A stretch of DNA of 27,857 bases from an archaeon. GTDB taxonomy: Archaea > Aenigmatarchaeota > Aenigmatarchaeia > GW2011-AR5. The position numbers and the translations under genes are program-made. Below, one piece after another: positions 25,489 to 27,857 of this stretch. A model generated the notes under the pieces. The model searched no databases, was not told the origin of the DNA, and saw only the letters and a list, made by a program, of their open reading frames with translations. Each line of letters opens with the position of its first letter. Positions within the stretch are counted from its first letter, which is position 1. The stretch lies in NCBI GenBank assembly GCA_035289405.1, contig DATDXH010000092.1, forward strand, positions 1-27,857, in the 5' to 3' direction.

Positions 25489-27009
25489 ATGGAATACATA
25501 AAAAGTGCAGTAAAAAATAGTTACCTCGTATTATTCTTATCACTGTTCGGCATAATAATAGGATACGCGCTCAGAATTTTCCTTTCTAGGTCACTCACAA
25601 TAGAAGATTTTGGACTTTTTTACGCTGTAAGTGCTTTTGTAGGGCTTTTTACAATTGTAAGATATATTGGGCTTAACCAGGCACTGACAAAGTTTATACC
25701 GGAGTTCATCGTTAAAAAAGAAAAAATAAAAATAAAATCGTCGGTTGTTCTGGTGCTGATAATCCAGGGCATTACTATACTGGCGTTCACGGCGTTTGTT
25801 TTTTTATTCGAAAATAACCTGTCTGCATCGCTTTTCAGGTCTGACATGGCCGGTGCCGTTCTAATATTAATGACACTGAGCTTTTTTCCTAGCATGTTCT
25901 TTACGGTATTCCAGTCAGTTTTTCAGGGCTACCAGAAGTTTAAGACTTACGCACTGGTAGAACCGATAAGAATATCACTTACATTTACGTTCTCCATAGT
26001 TTTCATAGGACTCGGGGTTGCCGGCATTGCACTGGCGTACTTGGCCGCTGCAATTGTTACAAGTGCTGTATTCCTTTTCAGTTTTCACAGGCTTGGCACG
26101 GGGCCGAAGATAGAGCTTTCGTCAGACCTTACAAAAAAACTTTTCCGTTTTGCCATTCCAGTTTTTATGGGCAGTATAGCGCTCATAGTTATCAATTTCA
26201 CAGACACCATTGTTATAACATTTTTTAGGACTCTTGAGGAAGTAGCGCTGTACCAGGTGGCACTTCCTACTACACAGCTTCTTCTTGTATTTTCAAGCGC
26301 CATAGCCGCTGTTGTATTTCCCCTTGTTTCTTACCTCTATTCCGGCAAGAAAATTCAGGAGATAGGGCGTGGAATAAGAATAATAACAGTCGTGCTGATG
26401 TTTGTACTGCTTCCATTCGTTATATTGATGTTTTCTTTCCCGGAAATAATAATACAAATTCTTTTTAGCAGCCAATTTTTACCGGCGGCAAATACGATGC
26501 GAATACTTTCTATCGGCATGATATTTTACTCAATGTTCGTTGTGTTCCAAACGACGCTCGATGGAATTGGAAAGCCCTTCATCAATACAAAAATAATGTT
26601 TTCCATGGCGGCACTTAACCTTGTAATTAATCTGGCGTTAGTCCCGGTCATGGGAATAATGGGATCGGCCGTTGCATTCTCCGCAACGTTTTTGATTGGC
26701 ACGCTTGTCGGGTTTAATTATGTTAAAAAACATACTAGTTTATCACTGGCGTACCTGAGAATGGCCAAGATATTTTTTGGAGCTTTCATATCAATAGCGG
26801 TGATACATGCAATAAAAATCTGGATCGACGTGCCGATTTACGAGGAGCTTATTGTTGCATTGTTGGTGGGCTGGCTGGTTTTCCTGACAGTGGTTATAGG
26901 TTCAAGATGCATTACAAGAGAAGATATAGACTTTATAGAATCCAAAAACATGCAGCTGCCGGCGTCATTAAAGAGGGCGGCTAAAATGATTTTCAGGCGA
27001 AGAAAATGA
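25489..27009 (+). CDS. Wzx/MurJ-like oligosaccharide flippase
   Basis: 506 aa with roughly 12-14 TM helices; RSLTIEDFGLFY, EEVALYQVA and GKPFINTK patterns of polysaccharide-export flippases. Confidence 0.88.
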   Translation: MEYIKSAVKNSYLVLFLSLFGIIIGYALRIFLSRSLTIEDFGLFYAVSAFVGLFTIVRYIGLNQALTKFIPEFIVKKEKIKIKSSVVLVLIIQGITILAFTAFVFLFENNLSASLFRSDMAGAVLILMTLSFFPSMFFTVFQSVFQGYQKFKTYALVEPIRISLTFTFSIVFIGLGVAGIALAYLAAAIVTSAVFLFSFHRLGTGPKIELSSDLTKKLFRFAIPVFMGSIALIVINFTDTIVITFFRTLEEVALYQVALPTTQLLLVFSSAIAAVVFPLVSYLYSGKKIQEIGRGIRIITVVLMFVLLPFVILMFSFPEIIIQILFSSQFLPAANTMRILSIGMIFYSMFVVFQTTLDGIGKPFINTKIMFSMAALNLVINLALVPVMGIMGSAVAFSATFLIGTLVGFNYVKKHTSLSLAYLRMAKIFFGAFISIAVIHAIKIWIDVPIYEELIVALLVGWLVFLTVVIGSRCITREDIDFIESKNMQLPASLKRAAKMIFRRRK

Positions 27010-27028
27010 GGACAATGGAGGTGGTAGT

Positions 27029-27857
27029 GTGAGAATAGCAATAATGCACGATTACTTTCGATAAAAGGGGAGGCGGCGAGCGCCTTGTAATAAACCTAGC
27101 CAGGCAGCTCAAGGCAGACATTTACACAGGTTTCATAGACAAGAAAAAAACTTTCGACACTAGCGGCATAAAGATAGTAAATCTTGGAGTGACAGGTCCG
27201 CAGCTTTATCGGAATATGAAAATAGCCAAAAAGTTTGAGACCCTAAGACTAAATGGTTACGATGCATATATTTTTTCCGGTGTTTGGTGCATCTCAGCTG
27301 TAAAGAATCATAAACCAAACGCCCTTTACCTGCACACACCAATGAGGATACTTTACGACCTCAAACAATATTTCCTTGACAAATCAAACCCTTTGCAACG
27401 AATTGCAGTGAAGAGATTCATAAAATACTGGACGCCGAAAGATAAGACATACATGAACCAGTTTGATGCGATAGCCGCCAATTCAGGCAATGTAAAGAAA
27501 AGAGTTCTAAGATACTATGGGAGGAAACTTTATTCGAGGACTTCTGTCGTTTATACAGGTATAGAAACAAAAAAATACAGGTATATCAGGAGTGGTGATT
27601 TCTACCTCTCCGCGTCACGACTTGATACTTTAAAACGCATCGACATGCTGATAAACGCTTTCAAAAAAATGCCAAACCGCAGACTTGTTATAGCCGGCAC
27701 AGGGCCTGATGAGACCAGATTAAGAAAAATGGCAGAGGGGTTAAGGAATATAGAATTTATAAGGGCCGTTTCAGACGATGATATGCGAAAACTATATGGC
27801 ACTTGTCTTGCTACGATAGCTGCTAACAAGGACGAAGACCTTGGATTGGTTGCGATA
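27029..27857 (+). pseudogene. GT4 glycosyltransferase with a +1 frame break near the start (pseudogene, sequence error or programmed frameshift); runs off the 3' end
   Basis: GGAGGTGG site then GTG 27029 reads MRIAIMHDYFR* (stop 27062-27064). The +1 frame from 27060 reads DKRGGGERLVINLARQ... and stays open to ...EDLGLVAI at the window end. Confidence 0.8.

Noticed and set aside
24-27829. Remaining short antisense and alternate-frame ORFs in the track
   Set aside because: They are shadows of well-supported genes, with no motifs or promoter support.
1-27857. tRNA, rRNA or autonomous transposase genes
   Set aside because: None recognised. The multi-hairpin intergenic units lack tRNA D- and T-loop consensus.

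Overview
This window is an archaeal surface-glycan (S-layer/N-glycan or lipid-linked) biosynthesis and modification locus, probably from a DPANN-type lineage (inference). Archaeal signals are BRE/TATA boxes about 30 nt before start codons, GGTGA-type ribosome-binding sites, an archaeal GalE-like epimerase, GT-C transferases and a DUF4346 protein. It encodes five NDP-sugar SDR enzymes (three Gmd/Rmd-like paralogues, one LegB-like, one GalE-like), WecB, three GT2, two GT-C and three GT4 glycosyltransferases, a Wzx-like flippase, four B12-binding radical SAM enzymes, a HIT protein and a DUF4346 protein. Highlights: (1) an embedded one-carbon cassette of dehydratase, formyltransferase, alpha/alpha-toroid protein, bacterial-type glyA, folD and a possible ECF S-component, which looks like a self-contained folate-to-formyl-sugar supply line; (2) a family of about 45-52 bp TA-bounded palindromic units (single hairpins and Y-shaped twin hairpins) in tandem and nested arrays in the long intergenic gaps, with covariation and a filled/empty site pair; (3) a repeated convergent GT-C/radical-SAM module; (4) a 149-bp near-identical tract shared by two otherwise diverged paralogues 24 kb apart; (5) a GT4 gene whose frame is broken at UUU-CGA-UAA, matching a known +1 frameshift motif; (6) a small Cys/His protein missed by the ORF track. 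All assignments come from motif recognition by eye; no searches were run.
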